A stretch of 64,000 nucleotides of DNA from Clostridia bacterium (GTDB lineage: Bacteria; Bacillota; Clostridia; Oscillospirales; CAG-272): assembly GCA_017450965.1 (NCBI GenBank), contig JAFSSQ010000089.1, positions 40,103-104,102 on the forward strand. The letters are read 5' to 3'. Both the position numbers and the translations under genes were made by a program. The notes under the pieces were generated by a model that worked only from the letters and a program-made list of their open reading frames with translations, made no database searches and was not told the DNA's origin. Positions 1 through 8,596 of this stretch are shown piece by piece. The first letter of the stretch is position 1, and each line of letters starts with the position of its first letter.

Positions 1-507
1 CGCGGCCGCGACTACATCATCGACGAGATCCTGCTCAAGGCGATCGCGGCGCCGCGTAAGGACGTTTCCGAATACGCGCCCAAGATGCTGACGATGAAGA
101 TCCCGGTCGACAAGATCCGCGAAGTCATCGGCACCGGCGGAAAGGTCATCCAGAAGATCTGCGCCGACACGGGCGCGAAGATCGACCTCGAGGACGACGG
201 CTCCGTCTTCATCTCCGCGGTCAACCGCGACAACGCCTACAAGGCAAAAGAGATCATCGACGCGATCTGCTTCGAGCCGGAGGTCGGCGTGACCTACGTC
301 GGCACTGTGACCCGCATCATCCCGATCGGGGCGTTCGTGGAGATCGCGCCCGGCAAGGAAGGTCTGGTCCACATCTCCAAGCTCCAGCAGCAGCGCACCG
401 AAAAGGTGGAGGACGTGGTTGCCGTGGGCGACCGCGTGCGGACCAAGTTCCTCGGGATCGACGAAAAGGGACGCATCAACCTTTCGATGAAGGACGCAGA
501 TAAGTAA
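1..507 (+). CDS. pnp: polyribonucleotide nucleotidyltransferase (PNPase), C-terminal KH + S1 part; 5' end lies outside the window
   Basis: Frame 1 is open from base 1. The translation contains a KH motif (KIREVIGTGGKVIQKI) and an S1 domain (VGTVTRIIPIGAFVEIAPGKEGLVHISK...DRVRTKFLGIDEKGRINLS) typical of the PNPase C-terminus. Confidence 0.9.
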   Translation, partial: RGRDYIIDEILLKAIAAPRKDVSEYAPKMLTMKIPVDKIREVIGTGGKVIQKICADTGAKIDLEDDGSVFISAVNRDNAYKAKEIIDAICFEPEVGVTYVGTVTRIIPIGAFVEIAPGKEGLVHISKLQQQRTEKVEDVVAVGDRVRTKFLGIDEKGRINLSMKDADK

Positions 508-580
508 GAGACGGCGTATGCCGGAAAAGAGCGGCGTCCGGCAAGAGCCGGATGCCGCTTTTGAGCCTGAGGAGGTCCGT

Positions 581-1753
581 ATGAATCAAAATGATCCGAA
601 CAGCACTCCCCCCGTCCGGCGCAAGCCGGTCCGGAGCGCGGCGGCGCGCGAGAGGAGCAGAACGCTCAAGCTCCTCCTTTTGATCGCGCTCGTTCTGGCG
701 CTTTGGGTCCTGGCGATCGTGGGGATCGTCAACCTTCTGAAAAGGGATCACACCCCGGAGCCGGGTCCCGCCGACGTGACCACCGTCCCGCAGACGGCGG
801 AGGAGACGCTCCCGCCCGAGGATACCGCGCCTTCCACCTCCGCCCCCGACAAAAACGGACTGCTCTTTGAGACGAAGGAGGTCTCCACGTCCGGTATTTA
901 CCGCGGCGAGCTGATCCTTGTCAACCGGGATCACGCCTATCGCTTTGAAGAGAACAGAGAGACGAAGATCATCTCGCTTTATACCTTCTGGCGCAACTGG
1001 CCCGCGTATTCCTACAAGCTCCACGGTTCTGACATTCAGCTCGCGGACTTCATCTGCACGAAAATGAGCGAGATGTTCGACGCGTTCCTTGAGGAGACGG
1101 GGGACAACGGCTACCTGATCACCAGCGGCTGGCGCGACTATGAGGAGCAGGTCGAGACGGTCAAAGAGATGATCGAAAAGTACGGCAGCGAGGAAGAAGC
1201 GATGAAGTACACCGCGCCGCCCGGCTGCAGCGAGCATCATACCGGCATGGCGTTTGACGCCTATATCTATACGGCGGACGGCGCGGTCTACAAACCGGGC
1301 GCCGCCGATATGCCCGCTTTGTATAACTGGATCTACGAAAACGGCGCCCGCTTCGGTTTTATCAAGCGCTACGACGAGGAAAAGAGCGATATAACCGGCT
1401 ATTCGGGCGAGTCCTGGCATTTCCGCTACGTCGGGAAGCCGCACGCCGCCCTGATCGCGGAAAAGAACTTCTGCCTGGAGGAATACATCGACTTCCTCCG
1501 CGCGTACACCTACCGCAACTATCTCGAGTACACCGACCCCGAAGGGGCGAAGTACGCGATCTGGTATGAAAAGGTGGAAAACGAAACGGTCGTCACGCCC
1601 GCCGTGACCGACTCGGCGGGAACGGAGGTAGCGCCGCCCGTTATCGGCGACCGGTTTCCCGATCAGGCGGCCCTCCATCTGCCGCAGGGCGTTCCCTGCG
1701 AGATCTCCGGCGATAACGTCTCCGGCTTTATCGTTACCGTCAAACTCTCCTGA
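581..1753 (+). CDS. membrane-anchored D-alanyl-D-alanine carboxypeptidase, VanY / peptidase M15B family
   Basis: N-terminal TM (LKLLLLIALVLALWVLAIVGIV) followed by M15B motifs SGWRDYEEQ, SEHHTGMAFD and SWHFRYVG. ATG 581 is preferred to ATG 518 because GAGGAGG lies 5 nt upstream. Confidence 0.8.
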   Translation: MNQNDPNSTPPVRRKPVRSAAARERSRTLKLLLLIALVLALWVLAIVGIVNLLKRDHTPEPGPADVTTVPQTAEETLPPEDTAPSTSAPDKNGLLFETKEVSTSGIYRGELILVNRDHAYRFEENRETKIISLYTFWRNWPAYSYKLHGSDIQLADFICTKMSEMFDAFLEETGDNGYLITSGWRDYEEQVETVKEMIEKYGSEEEAMKYTAPPGCSEHHTGMAFDAYIYTADGAVYKPGAADMPALYNWIYENGARFGFIKRYDEEKSDITGYSGESWHFRYVGKPHAALIAEKNFCLEEYIDFLRAYTYRNYLEYTDPEGAKYAIWYEKVENETVVTPAVTDSAGTEVAPPVIGDRFPDQAALHLPQGVPCEISGDNVSGFIVTVKLS

Positions 1754-1758
1754 CAAAA

Positions 1759-1789
1759 GAAAAAACGCCGCCCGCGGGCGGCGTTTTTC
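1759..1789. terminator. bidirectional intrinsic terminator between convergent genes
   Basis: Perfect GC palindrome CGCCGCCCGCGGGCGGCG flanked by an A-run (left) and a T-run (right). Confidence 0.7.
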
Positions 1790-2280
1790 TATTTCTCTCC
1801 GTTCAGCTGCAGCACGAACGAGTCCCGCCCCGGCGCGCACAGATCCCCGCCGATCACGCGGTTCCGGTAGACGATCACGGTGGCGTAGACCTTTTTCTCG
1901 GCGTCGGGATAGTTGGTCACGGCGTAGGTGTAGCGCATCACCTTGCGCCCGGCGTACTTGGAGAGGTCGAGCCCCTGCCGCTTCTGGATCTCGTTATATC
2001 CGGCGAACACCCGGTCGAACTCCGCGGGGATCCGCACCTCTTCCTCCTCCGGCGTCTCGCTCACCGTCCAGCCGAACTGGGAGAGAAAGCGGATCCGGTC
2101 CTCGTTGGTTTTGACCTTGTCGAAGGTCACGGTACTTTCCGCGGCCTCCGCCGCGGACGGGGCCGCCTCCGCTTCCGCCCGCGCCGGAGCGGCGACAAGC
2201 AGGCCGACGAGCAGAGCGGCTCCCAGAAAGATCACCCCGAACAGCTTCAGGGTCGTGGCGCGCAGCGTACAGATGAACAT
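1789..2280 (-). CDS. DUF4830 domain protein with N-terminal signal/anchor
   Basis: Hydrophobic N-terminus, then ...RIRFLSQFGWTVSETPEEEEVRIPAEFDRVFAGYNEIQKRQGLDLSKYAGRKVMRYTY..., which I recognise as DUF4830-like. GC3-rich frame. Confidence 0.7.
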   Translation of the reverse strand: MFICTLRATTLKLFGVIFLGAALLVGLLVAAPARAEAEAAPSAAEAAESTVTFDKVKTNEDRIRFLSQFGWTVSETPEEEEVRIPAEFDRVFAGYNEIQKRQGLDLSKYAGRKVMRYTYAVTNYPDAEKKVYATVIVYRNRVIGGDLCAPGRDSFVLQLNGEK

Positions 2281-2373
2281 AGCATTCCTCTTTGCGGGCG
2301 GTCTTCTCGCCGCCGTTCTCCGTACACTCTATGCGCCCCCGCCGCGGGATATGAAAAAACCGCCGCCCGCCGC

Positions 2374-2409
2374 AAAAAAAGCCGGGGCGGTCGGTAGGAC
2401 CGCCCCGGC
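2374..2409 (-). terminator. intrinsic terminator of the barnase-barstar operon
   Basis: 12-bp stem GCCGGGGCGGTC/GACCGCCCCGGC with a 5-nt loop. On the minus strand it is followed by T7 and lies 15 nt after the barstar stop. Confidence 0.7.
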
Positions 2410-2423
2410 GCGGGAAGGCGCGT

Positions 2424-2687
2424 TCAGCGCGCGCGGAAGGTAAAGCGCGGGTTCTCCCGCGCGGCGTCGTAAAAGCAGGCGAGCAGCTTGCAGCCGTAGG
2501 ACTCGAGGGCGCCGAGCATCGCCGCCGTGCCTTTCAGCTCGACTGTCCCCTCCGCCGCGGAGAGGACGTCGTAGAGCGCGTCGAGATTATCGCCGAAATA
2601 GTCGGGCAGGGAGAGCGCCGCGCGCAGGGCGGCGTAGGCGCTTGCCCGGTCGGTCATGGCTTTGCCGTTTAAGACGGTTTTTTTCAT
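2424..2687 (-). CDS. barstar (ribonuclease inhibitor / immunity protein)
   Basis: MKKTVLNGKAM...LSLPDYFGDNLDALYDVL aligns by eye with B. amyloliquefaciens barstar (KKAVINGEQI...LALPEYYGENLDALWDCL). Its ATG overlaps the upstream TGA (TGATG). Confidence 0.85.
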   Translation of the reverse strand: MKKTVLNGKAMTDRASAYAALRAALSLPDYFGDNLDALYDVLSAAEGTVELKGTAAMLGALESYGCKLLACFYDAARENPRFTFRAR

Positions 2688-3208
2688 CACGGTTCTCCGT
2701 AAAGCAGCGTAAAATTGGCGTAATGGTCGCCCGAGTAGTAGATCAGCCCGTCGTTTGAATAGACGATCCGCTCGCCTCCGCGGTAGCCGCCGGCGTAGCC
2801 GACGTCGCACTCATAATAGGTCCGGCCGGACTTGGCGGGCAGCAGTCCCTCGCGGTTGCCGAAGACGTCTCCGCCGATCGACTTGCCGGGCGCGACCTTG
2901 TCGAGGTTTCCTTCGGAGGAGTCCCAGCCGAGCTTCTGCGCCGCGCTCTTGGTGATAAAGTTCGCGGGCAGCCTGCCGTAGAGGTGGAGGTAAAGCGCAA
3001 CGTCCTCTTTGGAGGTGTAGCTCCCGGCTTCGTCGAGGCTTTTTTCCGTCTCCGGCGCGGCCGTTTCCCGCGCGCCGGTCAGGAGCGCGAGCGTCTCTTC
3101 CGCCGGCGCGTCCGCGCTTCCGCCGAGCCGCGGCAGAAGGACGAGGACCGCGAGGATCGCAAGGACCGTCAGCAGGGTGACGAGCAGCTGTTTTTTGTTC
3201 GTTTTCAT
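2687..3208 (-). CDS. secreted guanyl-specific ribonuclease, barnase family
   Basis: Signal/TM segment (LLVTLLTVLAILAVLVLL) plus a catalytic domain. YLHLYGRLPANFITKSAAQKLGW...VAPGKSIGGDVFGNREGLLPAKSGRTYYECD...RIVYSNDGLIYYSGDHY is nearly collinear with barnase. Confidence 0.85.
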   Translation of the reverse strand: MKTNKKQLLVTLLTVLAILAVLVLLPRLGGSADAPAEETLALLTGARETAAPETEKSLDEAGSYTSKEDVALYLHLYGRLPANFITKSAAQKLGWDSSEGNLDKVAPGKSIGGDVFGNREGLLPAKSGRTYYECDVGYAGGYRGGERIVYSNDGLIYYSGDHYANFTLLYGEP

Positions 3209-3263
3209 ACGGTTTCCCTTGGAGAAGAGGACCGCGGCGGCGCCGCGGTCCTCTTGCACTTTC

Positions 3264-3908
3264 TTATTTGAAGAGACCGAGCAGACCGCCGAGGAGGCCG
3301 CCGTCTTCCTTCTTCTCATCTTTTTTCTTTTTTCCCGTGCCGGAGGCGCTTTCGGCGGAGTCGGAGGATCCGCTGCCGAAGAGCTCGCCGAGGGCGGAGG
3401 AGGCGAGAGAGCCGAGCGCGGACGAGCCGCCGGAGCCGCCGAGTACGCTCCCGAGCAGTCCGGTCAGAGAGGAGGAGGTGGAAGCCGAGGAGGTTTCCTC
3501 CTGCTTTTTGCCGAGCAGGGAAAGGAGCAGCGGCGCGATCATGGAGAGGATCGACGAAACCTTGGAGGAGGAAAGCCCGCTCTTTTCCGCGATCGCCGCG
3601 GTGGTGGCCTTTTCCTTGCCGCCGAGGATATGGGAGACGATCTTTGCGCCGTCGGTGAGATCCGCGCCGTTAAGGAAAGCGGTAACGTTGCTCACGTCGG
3701 CGTTTTTGTGGTCGGAGAGCGCGCCGGCAAGCGAGGCGGCGCCCGCCTCGGTGGAGACGTTCTGCTTCATGCCGGAGATCAGCGCGGGCAGCGCGGCGGT
3801 CACGGCGCTCGTTACCTGGTCCTCTTTGGCGCCGACCTTTTCGCTGATGGCGGAGATCCCGCCGCCGGAGAGCAGGGAAGCGATAGAGGAAAGATCAAGA
3901 TTTGCCAT
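3264..3908 (-). CDS. DUF937 domain protein
   Basis: MANLDLSSIASLLSGGGISAISEKVGAKEDQVTSAVTAALPALISGM is the typical DUF937 N-terminus. The tail is low-complexity, Ser/Gly-rich and ends in a Lys-rich stretch. Confidence 0.7.
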   Translation of the reverse strand: MANLDLSSIASLLSGGGISAISEKVGAKEDQVTSAVTAALPALISGMKQNVSTEAGAASLAGALSDHKNADVSNVTAFLNGADLTDGAKIVSHILGGKEKATTAAIAEKSGLSSSKVSSILSMIAPLLLSLLGKKQEETSSASTSSSLTGLLGSVLGGSGGSSALGSLASSALGELFGSGSSDSAESASGTGKKKKDEKKEDGGLLGGLLGLFK

Positions 3909-3924
3909 ACGATGCGTCCTTTCT

Positions 3925-4746
3925 TCAGTCAATGATCGCTTCTTGCGTTACTTGCACGAGTTCGTCGTTCCCGGTTTTGACCGGTTCCGCCGTCTTTTGT
4001 CCTTCGATCTTCAGATTAGCCAGCTCTTCCTCGGTAAACTCGCTTGCGTGCTTCTTCGCGCAGAAGGCGCAGAGGGAGGTGCGGCCCTCTTCAATCGCTT
4101 CCTTGACCGTTCCCTTGGTAAGAACGGAGGAGTTGGCGAGCGCCTGGCAGTCCTCGTCGAGATGGTACTTGCGGCCGAAGGCGGTCCAGTAGACGTCGGT
4201 CGTGATGAGATGCTCCGCGGAGCCCTTCTCCTCGGCGGAGATGGGGTCGAAGTCGGCGGAGGCCACGCCCGCGATCAGCAGGGCGACGACGGCGACGATC
4301 GTAACGATGATCTTGGACTTTTTATCCAGCTCCTTGTCCTTGAGCAGAAGGATGATCAGCGGCAAAAAGCAGATGACCGCCATGACCACGCCGAGCTCGC
4401 TGACAAGGTAGAAGACGACTTTGTTCTTCTTTGAGGGGGGATTGATGTGGTTCGCCTTTTTCCAGAGCTGCGCCGCGACGACGGCGAGGATGAAATCGAG
4501 AACGATGAAGACGATCAGCGCGGCCGTCTTTTCAAGGCCCATGAACTTGAGCGAGAGAGAGCCGGTCAGGACCAGGATGGCTCCTGCCTCGCAGAGAAGG
4601 GCGAGGACCCAGAGGACGACGGCGCCGATCCGGAAACCGACGGAGCTGCCGCCGGAGGGCTTGGCGGTCTTGATCTCGGGCTGTTTTGCTTTTTCTTCGG
4701 CGGGCTTTTTTTCCGCCTTGGGGGTGCGGACGATCTGTTGTGCCAT
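3925..4746 (-). CDS. polytopic membrane protein with C-terminal Cys/His motif (unknown function)
   Basis: About four hydrophobic helices, then a C-terminal soluble part with YHLDEDC...(30 aa)...CAFCAKK. AGGAGG precedes two candidate ATGs (4752 and 4746). Confidence 0.55.
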   Translation of the reverse strand: MAQQIVRTPKAEKKPAEEKAKQPEIKTAKPSGGSSVGFRIGAVVLWVLALLCEAGAILVLTGSLSLKFMGLEKTAALIVFIVLDFILAVVAAQLWKKANHINPPSKKNKVVFYLVSELGVVMAVICFLPLIILLLKDKELDKKSKIIVTIVAVVALLIAGVASADFDPISAEEKGSAEHLITTDVYWTAFGRKYHLDEDCQALANSSVLTKGTVKEAIEEGRTSLCAFCAKKHASEFTEEELANLKIEGQKTAEPVKTGNDELVQVTQEAIID

Positions 4747-4827
4747 GGTCATTTTCCTCCTGAAAAGATAAGGTGGGGACAGTTTGATTGTATCGGAAAC
4801 GGGGTGTTTTGTCAAGAAAATTGCGGA

Positions 4828-5556
4828 TTATTTTTCTGTTTTGCCGATTCCCGTCAGATCGCGGATCACCTCGCCCGCGAGGATCAGCCCGGCAACGGGC
4901 GGGACGAACGCCGTGCTGCCGGGGACGGGACGGCCGGAGCCCTCCCGCCGTTCCCCGTCCGGGGCGGGGGAGAGGGGCGGCTCGGTCGAGTAAACCACCT
5001 TCAGCCGTTTGATCCCCCGGCGGCGCAGCTCCGCGCGCATCACCCGCGCGAGAGGGCAGACGGAGGTCTTGAAGAGGTCGGCCACTTCAAACCTTGCGGG
5101 ATCGAGCTTGTTGCCCGCGCCCATCGAGGAGATGATCGGCACGCCCGCCTCTTTCGCCCGTAGCGCAAGCTCGATCTTGGCGGAGACGGTGTCGATCGCG
5201 TCGACGATATAGTCGTACTGGGTGAAATCAAAATCGCCCGCCGTTTCGGCGTTATAAAAAACGGGATAGGCGCGGACGGCGCACTCCGGCGAGATCGAGA
5301 GGGCGCGGGCCTTCGCCGCGTCCACCTTGTACTGCCCCAGCGTGTCCCGCAGGGCGATGATCTGCCGGTTGAGGTTGCTCTCGGCGATCCGGTCGCTGTC
5401 GACGAGGTCGAGCGCCCCGACGCCGGAGCGGACGAGCGCCTCGACGGCGTATCCGCCCACGCCCCCGATCCCGAACACGGCGACCCGGGCGGCGCGGAGC
5501 TTTTCCATTCCTTCTTTGCCGAGCAAAAGCTCGGTCCTGGCAAACGCGTTCTCCAT
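4828..5556 (-). CDS. tcdA: tRNA threonylcarbamoyladenosine dehydratase (ThiF/E1-like)
   Basis: VAVFGIGGVGGYAVEALVRSGVGALDLVDSDRIAESNLNRQ Rossmann/E1 motif. Length and C-terminus match the TcdA/CsdL family. Confidence 0.85.
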   Translation of the reverse strand: MENAFARTELLLGKEGMEKLRAARVAVFGIGGVGGYAVEALVRSGVGALDLVDSDRIAESNLNRQIIALRDTLGQYKVDAAKARALSISPECAVRAYPVFYNAETAGDFDFTQYDYIVDAIDTVSAKIELALRAKEAGVPIISSMGAGNKLDPARFEVADLFKTSVCPLARVMRAELRRRGIKRLKVVYSTEPPLSPAPDGERREGSGRPVPGSTAFVPPVAGLILAGEVIRDLTGIGKTEK

Positions 5557-5560
5557 CGCT

Positions 5561-5992
5561 TCACACGGGGCGGTCCGCGCCGTTTGCGCGGCCGTCGAGA
5601 ATATCGCGCAGGGTGATCCCGTCCAGATAGTCGCGGATCACCTTTTCCAGCCCCATCCAGACCGGCAGGGTCCGGCAGTCCGCGCAGCGCGGGCAGCGGT
5701 TTTCCGGCGATTCAAGACAGGCGACGGGGGCAAGGCCGCCCTCCGTCAGCTTGAGCAGCTCTCCGACCGTGTAGGCGGAGGGGTCCATGGTCAGCCGGTA
5801 CCCGCCCGAAACGCCCCGGCCCGCCGTGAGCCATCCCGCGGCGGTGAGGACGGGCACGATCTGCTCCAGATACTTTTTGGAGAGGTTTTGCCGCTCGCCG
5901 ATCTCCTTGAGAGGGACGAACCCCTCGCCCTGGCGCTCCGCCAGATCGAGCATCATCCGCAGAGCGTACCGTCCCTTGGTTGTGATTTTCAT
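5561..5992 (-). CDS. Rrf2 family transcriptional regulator (Cys-containing, probably Fe-S type)
   Basis: MKITTKGRYALRMMLDLA...NLSKKYLEQIV wHTH signature and a Cys cluster CLESPENRCPRCADC. The start was chosen at MKITTKG. Confidence 0.85.
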   Translation of the reverse strand: MKITTKGRYALRMMLDLAERQGEGFVPLKEIGERQNLSKKYLEQIVPVLTAAGWLTAGRGVSGGYRLTMDPSAYTVGELLKLTEGGLAPVACLESPENRCPRCADCRTLPVWMGLEKVIRDYLDGITLRDILDGRANGADRPV

Positions 5993-6040
5993 GGTTTTAC
6001 TCCGGAAATATAGGATTTTGACAAAGATTTGCAAAAGCGG

Positions 6041-6069
6041 TTGAAGAACGGAAAACGGTGTGCTATAAT
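6041..6069 (+). promoter_or_regulatory. sigma-A type promoter for the AEC transporter gene
   Basis: TTGAAG, 17-nt spacer, TGc-TATAAT (extended -10), 30 nt upstream of the ATG at 6099. Confidence 0.6.
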
Positions 6070-6098
6070 CGTCCGGTAAAAACAGGAAGGAGTTTTCC

Positions 6099-7022
6099 AT
6101 GCTGAAGGTTTTTTCCCTGACGGTTTCGCAGGTTATGATGATGTTTACGCTGATGCTGATCGGCTTTTTCCTGCGCAAAAAACGGATCGGCGGGAGCGAT
6201 ATGGGCAAGGCGCTCTCCGCGCTGGAGGTCAACGTGTTCCTGCCCGCCGTGTGCTTCCAGACGTTTTCCGCGCACTTTACCGCAAAGACCGTGGCGGAGA
6301 ACGCCCCGTTTCTTTTTGCCGGGGCCACGGTGGCGGCGGGGATGCTTCTCCTCGCCGTTCCGCTTTCCTGCCTGTTCGCCGAAAAAGGATACCGGCGGAA
6401 CCTTTACCGGTACAGCTTTCTCATCCCGAACATCGGGTATATGGGGTATCCGCTGGTGGAAAACGTATTCGGGGAAACGGCGCTCTTCCGGATGATGATC
6501 TTCGCCCTCCCCTTCAATCTCGTGATCTATACGTACGGGATGTACCTACTCAATCCGGACCGGGAGTGGAGCTTGAAAAAGATCGTCAATCCCATCATGA
6601 TCTCGATCGCCGCCGGGATGGTCTTCGGGCTTTGCGGGCTCCGCTTGCCCGCGTTCCTTGAGAGCGCGGCGAACGCCGCGAAAAACTGTATGTCGCCCGC
6701 CGCGATGATCCTGACCGGCGTGGTGCTGGGCGGCGTTCCGCTGAAGCCGATCTTTACCGAGGGGCGGGCGTACGCGGCGGCCGCGATCCGGGGGCTCGCG
6801 CTCCCCGGCGTCGTGCTCGGCGCGATGCTACTCCTTTCCGTCGACCGGGAGATCATCCTCGTGTCCGTCGCCACCGTCGCCATGCCCTTCGGGCTCAACA
6901 GCGTCGTCTTCCCGGAGGCGTTCGGCGGGGACAGTACCACTGGCGCGCGGCTCTGCTTTATCTCCAATCTGGTCAGTTTGCTGACGATCCCGGCGGTATT
7001 CGCCCTGCTCGGCCGGCTGTAA
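6099..7022 (+). CDS. AEC (auxin efflux carrier) family transporter
   Basis: About 10 hydrophobic segments. The N-terminus MLKVFSLTVSQVMMMFTLMLIGFFLRKKR and overall length are typical of AEC family permeases. Confidence 0.8.
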   Translation: MLKVFSLTVSQVMMMFTLMLIGFFLRKKRIGGSDMGKALSALEVNVFLPAVCFQTFSAHFTAKTVAENAPFLFAGATVAAGMLLLAVPLSCLFAEKGYRRNLYRYSFLIPNIGYMGYPLVENVFGETALFRMMIFALPFNLVIYTYGMYLLNPDREWSLKKIVNPIMISIAAGMVFGLCGLRLPAFLESAANAAKNCMSPAAMILTGVVLGGVPLKPIFTEGRAYAAAAIRGLALPGVVLGAMLLLSVDREIILVSVATVAMPFGLNSVVFPEAFGGDSTTGARLCFISNLVSLLTIPAVFALLGRL

Positions 7023-7035
7023 AGCCGGCGGGGCG

Positions 7036-8442
7036 TCAGGCGTTCCGTTCCCGCTCGGCGAGGGCGCGCCCCATCAGAACGCCCATCACCGAGGACATCA
7101 TCAGCCCCCGCGTCCAGCCGCTCGAGTCGCCGAGGCAGTGCAGCCCCTTGATCTCGGTGTCGAGATCGGCGTTCATCCGGATGCGGTTGGAGTAAAACTT
7201 CAGCTCGGGGGAGTAGAGCAGCGTTTCCACCGCGGCAAAGCCGGGGACGACCGTGTCCATCGCGATAATGAAGTTGATGATATTCGTCATCGCGCGGTAG
7301 GGCATCGCCGCCGTGATATCGCCCGCCACGGCGTCCGGTAGGGTGGGACGGAGGTTGGACTGGGCAAGCTCCTTCGGCCAGGTGCGTTTGCCGTCGAGAA
7401 TATCGCCGAAGCGCTGCACGAGGATGTGGCCGTTGGCGAGCATATTCGTCAGCTCCCCGACCTTCTGCGCGTAAGCGATCGGCTGGTTGAAGGGGGAGTT
7501 GAAATTGTGGGAGCAGAGGATCGCCAGGTTGGTATTGTCGGTCTTCAGCTCCTTATAGGAGTGGCCGTTGACCACGGCGAGGTCGTTATCGTAATTTTCC
7601 TGGCTGACAAAGCCGCCCGGATTCTGGCAGAAGGTCCGGGTTTTGTTTTTATAGGGCTTCGGATAGCCGATCAGCTTCGATTCGTAGAGGACCTTGTTGA
7701 CCGTTTCCATCACCTCGTTGCGCACCTCGACCCGTACGCCGATGTCCACGGTGCCGGGGTCGTGCGCGATCCCGTGCTCGGCGCACAGGTTCTCCAGCCA
7801 CTCGGAGCCGCGCCGCCCCGTCGCCACGACCACGTTGTCGGCGAGGATGTCTTCCTCCCCGTGCGCGCCGCGGATCGTAACGCCGCAGCAGGTCTTGTCG
7901 CGGAGGAGGAGATCGGTGCATTCGGTGCCGAAGAGGATCTCCACGCCGGAGTCGAGCAGCTTATTCTGGATCGCGAGATAGAGATCCCGCGCGCACTCGG
8001 TGCCGAGGTGGCGGATCGGGCAGTCGACGAGATGCAGTCCCGCGCTGATCGCGCGGCGGCGGATCTCCTTTTTTTCGGGGCAGTCTTCCAGCCCCTCGAT
8101 ATGTTCGTCCGCGCCGAACTCCAGATAGATCGAGTCGGCGTAGTCGATCGTTTCCTTTACTTTGTCCCAGCCGACCAGCTGCGGCAGATCGCCGCCTACC
8201 TCGGGGGAGAGGGAGAGCTTGCCGTCGGAAAACGCGCCGGCGCCGGAAAAGCCGGTGGTGATATGGCAGTAGGGCTTGCAGTTCATGCATTTGCCGGTGA
8301 TCTTTTTCGGGCAGCTGCGATCTTCCACGCGCCGCCCCTTTTCCACGATCACGATTTTCTGCCGGCTGCCGCGGCGCAGCATCTCAAGAGCGGTAAAAAT
8401 GCCGGCGGGCCCCGCGCCGACGATCACGGTATCGGTTTTCAT
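7036..8442 (-). CDS. NAD(P)/FAD-dependent oxidoreductase (COG2509-like)
   Basis: The dinucleotide fold VIVGAGPAGIF lies at the N-terminus and GDSSGWTRGLM near the C-terminus. The start at MKTD was chosen for its AAAGGA spacing. Confidence 0.8.
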   Translation of the reverse strand: MKTDTVIVGAGPAGIFTALEMLRRGSRQKIVIVEKGRRVEDRSCPKKITGKCMNCKPYCHITTGFSGAGAFSDGKLSLSPEVGGDLPQLVGWDKVKETIDYADSIYLEFGADEHIEGLEDCPEKKEIRRRAISAGLHLVDCPIRHLGTECARDLYLAIQNKLLDSGVEILFGTECTDLLLRDKTCCGVTIRGAHGEEDILADNVVVATGRRGSEWLENLCAEHGIAHDPGTVDIGVRVEVRNEVMETVNKVLYESKLIGYPKPYKNKTRTFCQNPGGFVSQENYDNDLAVVNGHSYKELKTDNTNLAILCSHNFNSPFNQPIAYAQKVGELTNMLANGHILVQRFGDILDGKRTWPKELAQSNLRPTLPDAVAGDITAAMPYRAMTNIINFIIAMDTVVPGFAAVETLLYSPELKFYSNRIRMNADLDTEIKGLHCLGDSSGWTRGLMMSSVMGVLMGRALAERERNA

Positions 8443-8476
8443 GGCAATCATCCTTTCGCTTTTGACCGTACGGTTT

Positions 8477-8505
8477 ATTTTACCATAACGGGAAAGATAT
8501 TGCAA
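8477..8505 (-). promoter_or_regulatory. sigma-A type promoter for the oxidoreductase gene
   Basis: On the minus strand: TTGCAA, 17-nt spacer, TAAAAT, about 35 nt upstream of the start at 8442. Confidence 0.5.
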
Positions 8506-8542
8506 GGTTTTTCGCCTGCCGCCGTTTCCTGTTTTTTCTCCC

Positions 8543-8571
8543 TTGCAATCGGCGAAAGAGCGTGGTATACT
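8543..8571 (+). promoter_or_regulatory. sigma-A type promoter for dxs
   Basis: TTGCAA, 17-nt spacer, TGg-TATACT (extended -10), 26 nt upstream of the dxs ATG. Confidence 0.6.
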
Positions 8572-8596
8572 GATAAAGATAAGAACGGAGAACAAT

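Noticed and set aside
8499-8549. Perfect 9-bp inverted repeat ATTGCAAGG ... CCTTGCAAT in the oxidoreductase-dxs intergenic region. I considered an operator or a hairpin.
   Set aside because: It is explained more simply as the -35 regions (palindromic TTGCAA with identical flanks) of two divergent promoters, each with a good -10 at 17-nt spacing. Shared regulator binding remains possible but is unsupported.
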